Assembly (NCBI RefSeq): GCF_964355755.1
Contig: NC_092670.1
Location: 13,874,795-13,938,794, forward strand
Direction of reading: 5' to 3'
DNA from: Antedon mediterranea
Lineage: Eukaryota > Animalia > Echinodermata
Length of the DNA: 64,000 nucleotides
In this document: positions 1 through 31,722 of the stretch, piece by piece
Numbering within the stretch: position 1 is the stretch's first letter
How the letters are laid out: every line of letters begins with the position of its first letter
Translations under genes and position numbers: made by a program
The notes under the pieces: model-generated
What the model was told of the DNA's origin: nothing
Seen by the model: only the letters and a program-made list of their open reading frames with translations
The model's database searches: none

Positions 1-1907
1 ACACGTCATTCATGATTGTGCACTTGACCAACCTACTGCTGGCGTAGGTTGTAAACACAAAGGGCACGTTGGAGTGATTTGTACTGATCTTCAGTGTAAG
101 TTTTAAGTCAGTTTATTTCTTCAGACTACTTGCACAGTGGCTGTACATACATGCTTTCTGAAAAAATAATGGCGGCCACTGCGCGCCATAGTTATAATAC
201 ATGTATAGAAGGTTTGAAAAAAACGTATTTTAAAATTTAATTTAGAATCACCACCAACAAGATATTTCATATACAACAAAAAAAGAAGAACCAATGAGTG
301 AGTTCTTCACCAGACCTAAAACATTTTGCCAGTATGTTTATCGAAGCGATATTTTTTCCAGCTCCTTGTCCAGTATCATGGCGATCGTTGGGCTCGTCGT
401 GTTATTACGTAGACCCTAAGCCTCGCACATGGGAAGAAGCAAGGAAAACTTGTCAGAAAACGGGCGCACGTTTGGCTCAAATCGCATCAGAACATGAAAA
501 TGAGTTTCTTAGAGATTATTTGGAAACCAACCATGGTGGATATTCTGCTGCTTGGATTGGACTGAGTGACGTCACAAAAGAAGGCACTTGGTCGTGGTTA
601 GGTTTAAAGAACAGCTCATTTTACAGCAAGTTCATTTATTTTATTTTAATATAGAATTACCATAACATCATCATTGTTCAATAATTTCTAGCTGATCTAT
701 TTCTTATTTCGTCAAGAGTGATCTACATCTTTTCTATTTATTGTGTATTACAATTTTTATTAACATTGCTAGTATAAGTGCTCTGTAGTACTTTGTTAAA
801 AGAATTCTAAAGTTGTTTTCGTATTCAAAAATGCTGATGATGGTGATGTTGACAAGATGACGCATGTGTAGATGATGTTGATTAAATTGATATTGATAAT
901 TCAGATGTTGATGAAGAAGATGTTGATGCGTATTTTGTTGATGATGAAGATGATGTTGATTAAGATGATGTTTATTAAGATTATACTGATGAAGATGATG
1001 CTGATGAAAGTTATGATGCATGATGTTTATGAAGATGATGGTGATGAAAATGATGTTGATGAAAATTATGATATTTATGAAGATGATGTTGATGAAGATG
1101 ATATTGATGGAAATGATATTGATAAAGGTGATGATGGTATATATAGCCAGTCATCTTCATTCACCTTTACCATTTCCAACATTTCATTCACATTTTCCTA
1201 ATTTATTTATAACTCTGAAGAATGGAACATTGGTGAACCAAACAATGGAGGAATGACGTCAATGATACGAACATCTAACTCAGTGATGATGTCAACAACG
1301 AATAATGGTCAAAATTGTGTTGAAATGTTATCAATCAATGGAAAATGGAACGATATTGAATGTTCTCTGAAACGATCGTCTGTTTGTGAAACAGGTCAGT
1401 TTAACAACGTTTTGGCGTTGACGATAATTAAATATTTTGCAGTTAAACGCTGATAGTATGTGTACGTCCTCTTGGTCACATTACGGTTGGTACTATCTAC
1501 ATTAACCCTAGATAGTAATGCAATGTTTACTGAGATTTGTGACTTTTACCAGGATAAGAAGCTAATTTGATTCGAGTCTTTCAGTCGATGTTTGCGTCTT
1601 GTGGCGTCTGCTTTTGTTATGCAAATGAGGTAATCCCAATCTGCCCATGCTCAGAAATTATATCTGAAAATGACTTCTATTTCTGCTTATGTAACTGTAC
1701 TATAATAGTTATAGTAAATATTACTGTATCATCAAATATTTGAAAGCCTTGATATTATTTAATTTATTCATAATATTTTTATTTTCAGTTCAAGAAACAA
1801 TGTCGTCTGTCAAAAAATTGTCTGCCGGTCTTATAGCCGTCATAACAGTGATTGTGATCGTATTCATCGTTGGTGGCGTTGTAACAGCTTGCCTTGTTTT
1901 AACATAA
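1..1907 (+). CDS. 3' part of a type I membrane protein: SRCR domain end + C-type lectin domain + C-terminal TM helix (5'-partial)
   Basis: Exons <1-95 (HVIHDCALDQPTAGVGCKHKGHVGVICTDLQ, SRCR C-terminus, GTAAG donor), 362-625 (PCPVSW..SCY..WEEA..C..LA..WIGL, CTLD), 1221-1394 (WNIGEPNN...NCV...WNDIEC..SVCE) and 1789-1907 (LSAGLIAVITVIVIVFIVGGVVTACLVLT*). All junctions are phase 1. The second donor is GCAAGT at 626. Confidence 0.85.
835..1140. repeat. Degenerate (GAT)n trinucleotide microsatellite in an intron
   Basis: GATGATGTTGATGAAGAT-type runs. These explain the poly-M, poly-D and poly-H ORFs at 734-1256. Confidence 0.9.
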
Positions 1908-3509
1908 CACGGAGAAAAAACAACCTCATACTCATAAAATTAAAAACCCTAAAATTTAATTAAATAAATAGACCATTAGCGTGGCCTTTAAATAGATGGA
2001 TAATAATACTCTTTAGTGATAATGATGACAGGGTGTGCAACCGTTGTTTTTTTTTTTTTTTTTTTTACTGAGATTGTAAGATGGTATCCGATTGTGTAGA
2101 GCATTATCGGAAGTATGAATCATCTTACACAAATATTTCGAAATCATAAAATACATATTTCTTCTTGTGTAAAACGAACACTTCCGAAATTCAATACTAA
2201 AAAAACCAAAATACAGTATAGGCCTACCGTTTTAATCTTAGAAATTTCAACATTTTCTGGCAACATAACCGGACACATGTAATAGCTCTGATGTTTTCTA
2301 GGCCTATGTTCTTATTCTTTGGTCTTTGCCATAGAAAAACCCTCGTTTTCTGATTTTCTAATCTAGGAATCCGAGCTTAAATATTTCGGTGATAGTACTA
2401 TTTTCACGCTTGTATATGACTACATTTTGTTTGTGTTATTATAATTTCACACTGATTCTATACCAATCTTTGCGGGTCATGTTTTGGTCTCACATGTATA
2501 TATCATGTATAATAAGTTAATTAACAATACCACTCTGAAATGTATATAATATTATTCTTAAAGTATAAAGATTTATTGTTATCATAGTGTTCTTTAGTTA
2601 ATATGTCTTAAATACTATTTCTATTGTCAGGCGCACTTGCATTTATTAAACTAAACATCCTCTTCTAGGAGAAACCTAGGCCATAGAATGGCGGCGCTTT
2701 GGATGCAGAGTATAGTATACACATAATGATCGTTTAATAGTGCGTACTATTGCACGCCATGTGACCCACATTCGTCCAATCAAATGACAGGAATTTATTT
2801 AGGTGTTATATAATAGCAGTTATGAACGGCTTCATTTTCGATTGCGTAGATCGTTACTTTAGTTGAATTAAAATATACACAATATTTGTGTTGATAATTT
2901 TGTTATTAAATATTCATTAGTTACCGATAATTGTTACCGTTATTATGCATCGATATTTCTCTTCAGAGAATTATAATTACAATGTCAATCTTTCCTATTT
3001 TACAAGTGTGTAGGCATGCTATTTAACAGTTTCAAAATAACAATGCATTATTAATTTTTAAATTCATTAAAACGAAATTGCATACATTTTTCAATAAATT
3101 GACTTAATTTACAGCAGTCGTGTTATTTTTAATAAATCAGTGTCTCCCAAGAGAGTCAAAATTACCTCAGTTTGAATAGCAGTACGTGTCTCTGTAGGAC
3201 CGGCGACCGGACCATGTATATATAAGTCCGTACTCTGGTTATTGTACCTTTTAAGTATGATTCTGAAATCTCAAATTGAATACAAAACATAATAGTAAAT
3301 TCCCAAATAAGCAGCGCACTATCAGCAAATACGAGATCGCCTAACTAAAATAACAATATTGATGAGAAACCCGCAAAACGGTTAATGAATAATGAATTAA
3401 TTGAAAGACGATGAAGGTGACAACGTAATGAATATTAAATAAGAATTCACGCTCATTAATGTCTTGTTTGTCTCGCTGCTGTTTTAAACAAAACTTGGAA
3501 ACAATCAAT

Positions 3510-5420
3510 TTCGTTACCATAAGAACATTTATTTCAAAATATAAAAAGGTGGAAATTTGACCATTTTTCTATATGTTTCTTAAGTCTATAAGATGATTAT
3601 AACTCAATTAAGTCGCATATATTGCAATATTATCGCATAATTATAGTATTTTTTATATTGGTCATTTTTGGAAAAAATCCCAGGTATTTTTTACGAAAAA
3701 TTATCAAATTTCAACCTTTTATTTTTTGACATAAATGGTTACTATACGTCTATAAGATGATTATTACGCAATATATGCGCATATATAGCTATATAATTGT
3801 ATAACAATAGTATTTAAAAAAGTACGTATTTTGGACTTTTTTTGGAAATTTTCTAAAAATGGCCGATTTTCGACCCTTTTATTTTTTGATATAAATGGTT
3901 ACTATTGCATAATAAACGTGCGCAGAGACGAATAATGGGTTCTGCGCATGTCAATTATGCTATAGTAACCAGTTTTGACATAAATGGTTACTATAGCATA
4001 ATAAACATGCGCAGAGTCGACTTATGGGTTTTTCGCATGTTAATTGTGCTATAGTAACCAGTTTTATCGAAAAATAAAAAGGTCGATAATTGGCCATTTA
4101 AAAAAAAATCCCTGTACTATAGTACAGGGAAATTTTCGAAAAATGGCCGATTTTCGACCCTTTTATTTTTTGACATAAATGGTTACTATTGCATAATAAA
4201 CATGCGCAGAGACGAATAATGGGTTCTGCGCATGTCAATTGTGCCATAGTAACCAGTTTTGATATAAATGGTTAGGGATTTTTTTCGAAACATTGCCAAA
4301 TTTCTACCTTTTTATTTGTTGACACAATTTAAATGGTTACTAACGTCTATAAGGTGATTATAACACAATATATGCGCATATATGGCAATATTATCGCATA
4401 ATTTTTGCCATTTTTAAAAAAAATACCTGTACTACAGGAATTTTGTCGAAAAATGGCCAAATGTTTATATTTTGTCATAATTTCTTGACATAAATGATCT
4501 ATAGTACAGGGATTTTTTTTTCTAAAAAGGGCCAAATTATCGACAGTTTAAAATATGTATGGAGGTAACATGCGCAGACCACATCATGTGATTCTGCGCA
4601 TAATAGTTATATAATTTCAAAAATGAATTTCTTTCTTCGCAAATTTCCTGTACTTGGTAGAGGGATTTTTTGAAAAAATTGTTTAAAATGTGTATTGAGG
4701 TTTGTGATCCTGCGCATGTCGTATGTGCTATAGTAACCAGTTTTGATATAAATGGTTAGGGATTTTTTTCGAAACATTGCCAAATTTCTACCTTTTTATT
4801 TGTTGACACAATTTAAATGGTTACTAACGTCTATAAGGTGATTATAACACAATATATGCGCATATATGGCAATATTATCGCATAATTTTTGCCATTTAAA
4901 AAAAAAATACCTGTACTACAGGAATTTTGTCGAAAAATGGCCAAATGTTTATATTTTGTCATAATTTCTTGACATAAATGATCTATAGTACAGGGATTTC
5001 TTTTTCTAAAAAGGGCCAATTATCGACAGTTTAAAATATGTATGGAGGTAACATGCGCAGACCACATCATGTGATTCTGCGCATAATAGTTATATAATTT
5101 CAAAAATGAATTTCTTTCTTCGCAAATTTCCTGTACTTAGTAGAGGGATTTTTTGAAAAAATTTTTAAAATGTGTATTGAGGTTTGTGATCCTGCGCATG
5201 TCGTTATTTAAAAAAAGTAAATGGGTCGAATTTTATTATCATAATTGACATACGCAGAATCACAAACATGTGTTATGCGCAAGTTACCTCAATACATAAT
5301 GAGTTTTTAAAAATATGTGCGATAACCACATAATAATAACAATCACATAATGTGTTCTGCGCATGTCAACTATGATAATAGTAACCACTTATGTGAAGGG
5401 TAGAAATGTTGTACCATAAG
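3510..5420. repeat. Complex AT-rich repeat region containing a recent 484-bp tandem duplication (~4246-4729 / ~4730-5203) and shorter direct and inverted copies
   Basis: Near-identical ORFs 4347-4535 and 4831-5019 are offset by 484 bp. The motifs ATAAATGGTTACTA, TAGTAACCAGTTTT and TGCGCATGTC recur in both orientations. Confidence 0.8.
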
Positions 5421-6897
5421 TATATATTTAGATATATTTATAAATACATTGAAACTTGAGAGAAAATACATACAAAAAAAGGAAAGGTAAATTAAGCGTA
5501 TCTATCAATTTGAAAGTATAGGCAATTACATGTATTATTCATGTATATCAATGGTGTTGAAGATCAATATCAAATGAAGCATGTCACTCAAGATTAAATT
5601 TAAATGCGACAGCGTTTTAACCAATTATTTTTTTGAGAGAATTTGCGATTCAATTCTCGTTAGACATTATCATCTGGCTTTTATAAGAAGCACATCAAGT
5701 CAGAAGAAACCACGGTCAAACGGATACAATAATATCATCTCATAGTCGATAACCAATATAGTAGGTTTACATTACCGAGGCTTCAGGGAAAAACCCAACT
5801 AGAGTGTACACAAATTGAGTGGTACGTACTTATACGCATAATTATACTTATTCTTCTTATTCTTTATTGCCAATCAACAACAAACAAACAACAACTACAA
5901 AGTAAGTGGCAGGAAACACAAAAGGGAACTAAATCCATACTAAAGCTTGTTCCACACTTGGAGGCAACGCAACGACGAGGGCGCAATGCAAGTGAGTTGA
6001 CCACTCACAAGCGACAGTTTAAGTGATCCATTGTGCCGTGATTGGTCAAAATACTCGCGTTGACGCACAACACGCGAACCACATCTCTTCTTGCCTACTA
6101 ATAAGCTGAAGTTTACGAATTTACGAAATTACGAGATAAAATTACGAGATAAAGTTTGGAGCTTACACGCACTTGGTGCCTGTACGAAGATACATATTTT
6201 TTTGATATAAGGAAAGACCTCATACATCTCTCGGCAGATAATGAGCGTTGATGATCAAACAAGGGACTTAAACCAGTTTTTAAAAAAACCTGTGAAGATA
6301 GTTGGAATTTGAGCAGATGTGTCGCGCTGCATGGTAAATAAAAGTACCTCATACCTATCTTGGCATATAACACTCAGAGAGCTGAGTTCACGGATAACGG
6401 TTTTCAAGACAAACTCTGTAAACACTGTTGGATTTTATACGGACAAATTCGTGAAATGCATTTGACTATTCCGAACCTACAAAATAGTGTATGCAATTGA
6501 ATTACAAGGTAGGTCATGGATAATTATAATAATAATGTTTTATAATAATAAAGTTTTATAATAATATAATATATACAGTAGCCCATAACATCGTACCGAC
6601 ATTAGGCCTATCTATATTGAGTAGGTTAATTGTCACTGGATATCAAATTTAAACTTAAAGGACGGGATTTTATAATCTTTTGTCCCGCAGGGAAAAAATA
6701 TACTAATAAATAATGTGTAAATTTATAAAGCGCACATTTCCATAATAAAATAAAAATCATCAATACAATCCAATGTTTTCAAGTAGTCTTTTAAACTGAC
6801 TTGTTCTCCAAGTTACGTATACTGTATTATTAATGTATATAATAATATAAATTATTATTCATTTCAGTACGTTAATGTTATAAGAGAGAAAAACACG

Positions 6898-8725
6898 ATG
6901 GAGCACACCTTATTTTTACTTGGTAAGTAGGCCCGAGATTGTCATAACTAAATATTCCTGTCCAACTCATAAACATTTATTATTTTCATTTTTTGATGAC
7001 TGTAATTAATGTATAGTCTCCGTGAATGTTACGGAGAATTAGTAGTTCGCGATTTTACTATTGGTAACATTAATAAGAAAGGACTTAGTTTCCAAACAAA
7101 ACATCGTTTTTAAATAAAAATCCCAAACATTAGGCCGCTGGACTTTACAGCAAACATGGTCCACTTCTGCCAAAATCAGTTTGTGTCTCTATGTCTGAAA
7201 TAACTAAATATCACGGAAAAGTATTCGGGAAGGTGTCAGAACAAACTTATGAAAGTGAAGAGTTGTTGTTTAAATGAATGAACGGGCGTGTCGAGGTTTA
7301 CGTAATAAGTAATGATTTAGCTCTAGGACCTTTTGTTTAACATATTGTCGACGACCGCTTGAGAACGCTGTACCGCGAGTTCCGACTTTTAACAGGAAGT
7401 AGCTGCTAAGCAAAATTACGTAATCGACACTTCTCGGAATATTGACACGGGCCTTATTTCCGCAGACAATATGCGTACAAAAGGTAGATGTTTTCTAGAT
7501 GGTACTGTACCGTGACAAGTATGGGTCACTGTAGAATATCTGCTAATATACATATCGACACCTTACACTCCTTAAGCAATTAAGTTTATAATTACACTCA
7601 ATAAATCATCACAATGCTATAAAACCAGTCAATTATTACTCGTGTATTTTATTTTATGATCTCTATCAATACGTGTGATTGATCTTTTAACTTAGTAGCT
7701 GTCTGGCTACTGCCTAGTACGTCAGCATTTAAGTGCCTGCAATGCAATGATATTATGATGCAAGATTCTGACTGTAAGCTTATCCCATCAAACGTCAGCA
7801 TAGAGGTGGAGTGTTCAACGTTTTGCTTTGTACGTATATTTGTATCATTTTAGTGTTCTTTTGAAATCGATTAACACATTATTAACCTACGTGCATACTT
7901 GTTCCGTTTGTATGGAATGGTACGGCCCTATTCGTTACGATAGCCCTATTCAGGATAATTATTTAACTACTACGAATTAGCTTAATTGGTCAGATTTTAG
8001 CCCTTTGAACCCCAAACCTCCGCACCATTACCCACTAGCCATCAATCTGTAGCCATATCTCTAGATGGGACCACCGTACAACTAAAATACAGTACACTAC
8101 GTCAGAGTAGGGTAAACATCTGACCAATTACTGCAATATGAAAAAACAACGCCGCCTTATTCCGTTCCTTGAGATGGAGTGAATAAATAATTAGGAAAAC
8201 CAACCAATATTTTGGAAAAATAAAGGGTCTTCAAAACAAATGCCGAGAATCGTCTTCGTACTGGCCCTTAAGAATTTATGCTTATGGTCACGTGACAATA
8301 CTCAATCAAAATTCTATGAATAATGGCATGAACACAACCTGAATATTTTTGCAAGAAAAAACCTTTCTGACGTCAATTGGACTTGATGTGACAAATTTGC
8401 TTTACGTAAGAGACACGTACCGAATTGATTTTCCTTCTTTTTTTGTGAATTTGATTAGACAAAAATGCATATAGCAGCTGGAATTGACATAGATGTGGAG
8501 CGAGGGTGCACCGAAGATGAGGAGTGCGATGAAGAGGATTTATGTGGAGGTATTACACAAACAGGACTTTGTTCAAATTGCTGTCGAGAGAACAATTGCA
8601 ATAACGGGTATCCCAAGGGTGTTGTTAATTCTTCAAATAATATTCTTTGTAAATATTATGGATACATTTTTCTTATATTTGCACATGCTCAAATGATCAT
8701 GTTTAACATATTCATAGATTCATGA
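6898..8725 (+). CDS. Ly6/uPAR (three-finger, CD59/Quiver-like) protein with signal peptide and probable GPI-anchor signal
   Basis: Exons 6898-6922 (MEHTLFLL, GTAAGT), 7696-7829 (VAVWLLPSTSA|FKCLQCND...DC...ECSTFCF, GTACGT) and 8459-8725 (TKM...ERGC...C...C...CSNCCRENNCNN plus hydrophobic tail). Frames join correctly. CxxC start and CCxxxxCN end are LU-domain hallmarks. Confidence 0.85.
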
Positions 8726-9018
8726 AACTTGGGTGTTAGACCTATACCTACTAATATTAAGTGTCGAAATTATTAGCACCAGATTCTAGTAAGTTCTATA
8801 TCATAGAGACAATAAACATGAAGTTTGCCTGTTTCTCAATTACGTTATGCTAACGCTTCGGTAAGTCAGTTGTTTGGCTAAATGGTTAGCATTTCAGCTT
8901 CCTTTTCTTAAAGACAAGGGTTGGAATCAGGAGAGATATTATTTATATGATTAGGTTCAGACAATGTTCCTTTTATCGTCGCTTGACATGAAACATCCCC
9001 GCAGTGTATTGTATCTAA

Positions 9019-9217
9019 AGCTTGGTTCCACTATTGACGCAACGTAACGCAATCTACGCAACGTAAACAAATGCCATTTTAATAATTATATTTGCTTCAA
9101 ACTGCGTGAAATCAAACCTGCGATGTTTGCAGAACTATTGCGTCGTCGGTTCCCACTTGTTATTACAACACTTTGCGTCGATACGTCGCTGCGTTGCGTT
9201 CTAGTGGGAACCACGCT
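9019..9217. mobile_element. MITE family 1 (TIR AGCTTGGTTCCCACTAG...), PIF/Harbinger-like
   Basis: Inverted termini AGCTTGGTTCCACTATTGACGCAACG / CGTTGCGTTCTAGTGGGAACCACGCT, flanked by TAA and TTA. Same family at 25319, 57697 and, degenerate, ~5943 and ~32790. Confidence 0.75.
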
Positions 9218-9584
9218 TTATAGTACATTGGATTAGAGATTTTTACAGTGTATTGAGAACAATATTAAATTTGCATAATATTAAATTCTTCTTACGTTTG
9301 TGATATTTTTTCAGATAAATTATAGAATAGTATCGGTTAGTAAGTCCATTACTTAATCAACAATTTAAACACGCACACAACTTTTTTTTACCAGATAATT
9401 ATGATTTTAATGTGAAAATAGTAATGAGTTAAAGATCGACTGTGAAATGAAACATTTTCTCTATTTAACAAATACATTATATTATTTGTTTATAACACAG
9501 CCTAAAATAAACTGTTATTTTAATCAACAGAGCTCGGCAACTGTTGAATAGAACCACCCAAGATGTTATCGTTAGTTGTAACAA

Positions 9585-9671
9585 ACTAACCGACGCCATA
9601 CGATACTAACCGACGCCATACGATACTAACCGACGCCATACGATACTAACCGACGCCATACGATACTAACC
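9585..9671. repeat. 20-bp minisatellite (ACTAACCGACGCCATACGAT) x4.3
   Basis: Perfect tandem copies with no spacers. Confidence 0.95.
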
Positions 9672-9831
9672 AACATCAACCAATCAAAAATGCAAGATAT
9701 ACATTAATTATGTAAATCCCCTCGTATCATCAACAACGCACTGCAATTTCATAATTATATACATTTAAAGAACAACAACAGTACTACTAGAATATGAATG
9801 TATAATATGTACACAGTATTCTCTTATCTTA

Positions 9832-9991
9832 CGCTCTATCTACACTATCAAACTTTATGTGACAAAAAATGTGATGTGCCCATATATATTGACATGATGT
9901 CAATGTCATATCACTACCATATTTGGGCATAGCACTACTATATTTACGCACATCACACTTTGTTGTCAAACTTGCTTGAGTAGACAGAGCT
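9832..9991. mobile_element. MITE family 2 with TTA target duplication (Harbinger/Tourist-like)
   Basis: TTA|CGCTCTATCTACACTATCAAACT ... GTAGACAGAGCT|TTA, with internal inverted GTGATGTGC/GCACATCAC. A related degenerate copy is at 13883-14003. Confidence 0.7.
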
Positions 9992-10099
9992 TTATGAATA
10001 ATCACATAATGTGCTTACCTGCTAGGCCAAATGAGTATATTACATAACTTCAAAGCCTACAAAATCAATGAATCATCAAGTCCATCTTAATTCCTAACC

Positions 10100-29279
<19,180 letters not shown>

Positions 29280-29643
29280 ATTGTAGGTTTGTAGTATTGG
29301 ATTCAACTAACCCAAACAAATGTTATTCCTTGGTATATGTACTTATTTCCTTGTGTATGCTCGTCTTTGATTGGATATAAATTTCTTACACGTCATTTGG
29401 GAATATGACAATTTTAAAACACCGTAAAAAACAATATTTTGTACCGAACTTTCTCGGTCGGTCGGCTACCTGTCACCAAGAGTTAGGTATGAACATAAAA
29501 CAACACCGTGATGTTTATTACAGGTTCGGTAAGTCATAGCTGTACAGGTGGCTTGGTACCAATCCGTGACCTGTACACAGGTGATGGTCATAAAACAGTG
29601 GGGATCCTGGAAAATGACAGTTTAAGCCTTTCGTTTTTGGTAA

Positions 29644-29695
29644 TAAGATACTTAATAAGATAATAAATAAGATATCAAACTCAGGGGGATTTCCC
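29644..29695. promoter_or_regulatory. Candidate NF-kB site (GGGGATTTCCC, 29685-29695) next to three TAAGATA GATA-like motifs, ~400 bp upstream of the copy A ATG
   Basis: Matches GGGRNWYYCC. AGATAA at 29658-29663. Motif match only. Confidence 0.35.
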
Positions 29696-31157
29696 TTTTC
29701 TTTTTTTTAGCCAAATTATGTAATGCCTCGGACCAAAGAACCTAAAACTTTATCAGCCTACTTTAAAGTATAAACAGGAAATATACATACATTATAAAAT
29801 ATGAAAGTTTGCATCTGAACTATCAAACTATATACTATAAAAACATGGACACACACCCTGCAATTGGGCATATATGTATGTACAATATAATTAGTATCAG
29901 TTTAAAATGATTAATGAATTAAATCAAGGCCTATACACAAATGTATATTGTTAACTACTATCGTACTGTACATTCATGTAAAACACAAATCCTTGTTTTT
30001 TTCGTAAATAAAATTATCTTATAACTATATTTAAAACAAAACTACACAGTAGGCCTACATATTTTTTTTATTCGTTAATTTTATTTGTAAATAATTATAG
30101 CTTGTCTACTATTTGGTCTTCTCCAGCTCCCCTCATTATCGTTGTTACTGTTAAACTTGCACTCTTTGTAAACCAATTTTTGAATTGTTTTGTTAAATTA
30201 ATCTGTGGTCTCTATCATACAACCCCCCTGGTTTCCTGAGACCCCATGCCATCATTTTCTTGAAACATACTATTATTGTATTTATGATTTGATGATTGTA
30301 TTTGTATCATTTAAATCCTGGTTAGCGACGAGGGCGTATCCCTATACTTTTTTTGAGTTGAACTTTTTATTTTTTTCCCTCTCTCATACAGAGCTTGAGG
30401 TTTTACGACACTAGGTGATTTATAAATCCAGGATATTATTGTTGACCTTTATATGTTTCAATAATTTGGAAACGTAAACCTTAAATATTGTTGATCTAAT
30501 TTCCATGTCATGACGTAAATTCCACATGGTACCATCTCCCTGTTTATATTAAATATAACAATTTCGGGGAAAAAAACATCTGAAAAATAACTAGCCTGAC
30601 ACAAAGATATTCGTTATCATTATAAAATGTTGCGTCGTGTTCATTACAACAAAATCCAGTTTGTACAATTTCAATCATTTATTCCATTATTGGACTACAA
30701 TTGGGTATTATATTACGGAACAGTTACTCAATTAACATACAAGAAAATATCGCTTATATTGCATAGGCGCTTTCAGTATGCTTGCGTTCAGTTGAAGTGA
30801 ATTGCGCGCTCTAAGCGCATTCAAACAAAGTCAGTTCTCAGATTCAGTTAAAAGTCAAAGTTTCTTTCTGTCCCATCTCCTATAGATTAAAATCAACTGA
30901 CTTATAATACGTACCGACTTTCTTCCCAAAAGAAAGTACATTTCATAATAAATAAAATAACGCGCTTTCGAATTGTCTAAAATTACAATTTTAGACAATA
31001 ATATTTACTTAATTTTCAATAATTTCCTTGATGAGCTGATAATAGGATAGGCCTATCATTTCCTTATGTTATGTATCAACAAATTATGTATAATACTCGT
31101 GTAATACTCGTATAATACTCGTCTGGTAAATGACGATGTTTCATTTTCATGTTTCAT

Positions 31158-31722
31158 ACCATGTGTTCACACAGGAGTTTCTCTACTCTGGGATTTTCCA
31201 CCACCAATAAATCGGTGGATTCGCCACACTATTCATACGTTAATCATGTGTTCACACAGGAGTTGGAAACTGTGCTAACTCACTCAAACTTATATCACTA
31301 TGGATACAGGCCAATGATTTTCCAATAATGTATTGCAATGCATTTCTCTACTCTGGGATTTTTCACCACCAATAAATCGGTGGTGGTTCGCCACACTATT
31401 CATACGTTGATCACACAGGAGTTGGAAACTGTGCTAAATCACTCAAACTGATATCACTATGGATACAGGACAATGATTTTCCAATAATGCATTACAATGC
31501 ATTTTTCTACTCAGGGATTTTCCACCAATAAATCGGTAGATTCGCCATACTATTTTACGCTAACCATGTGTTCACACAGGAGTTGGAAACTGTGCTAAAT
31601 CACTCAAACTGATATCACTATGGATCCAGGCCAATGATTTTCCAATAATGCATTGCAATGCTCTTCTGTACTCTGGGATTTTCCACCAGTAGATCGGTGG
31701 ATTCGCCATGCTATTCACACGT
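31158..31722. repeat. ~160-bp tandem repeat made from the GPCR TM7/C-tail/stop region (1 coding copy + 3 degenerate copies)
   Basis: TCACACAGGAGTT..., CTCTGGGATTTTCCACCA and GGATTCGCCA recur in units at ~31158 (internally deleted), ~31245, ~31410 and 31563. Confidence 0.9.

Noticed and set aside
734-1256. His-rich, Met-rich and Asp-rich ORFs
   Set aside because: They are translations of an intronic (GAT)n microsatellite.
8866-8930. tRNA-like A box (TGGCTAAATGG) and B box (GGTTGGAATC)
   Set aside because: No cloverleaf can be folded. At most a decayed tRNA-derived SINE head.
9585-9671. Short repeats suggesting a CRISPR array (also 58771-59200 and 40469-41470)
   Set aside because: Head-to-tail tandem repeats with no unique spacers, no cas genes and a eukaryotic context.
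30200-30445. Possible L2/SINE 3' tail (GAGCTTGAG...ATTTATAAATCC..TATTATT)
   Set aside because: Too degenerate to support without a repeat-library search.
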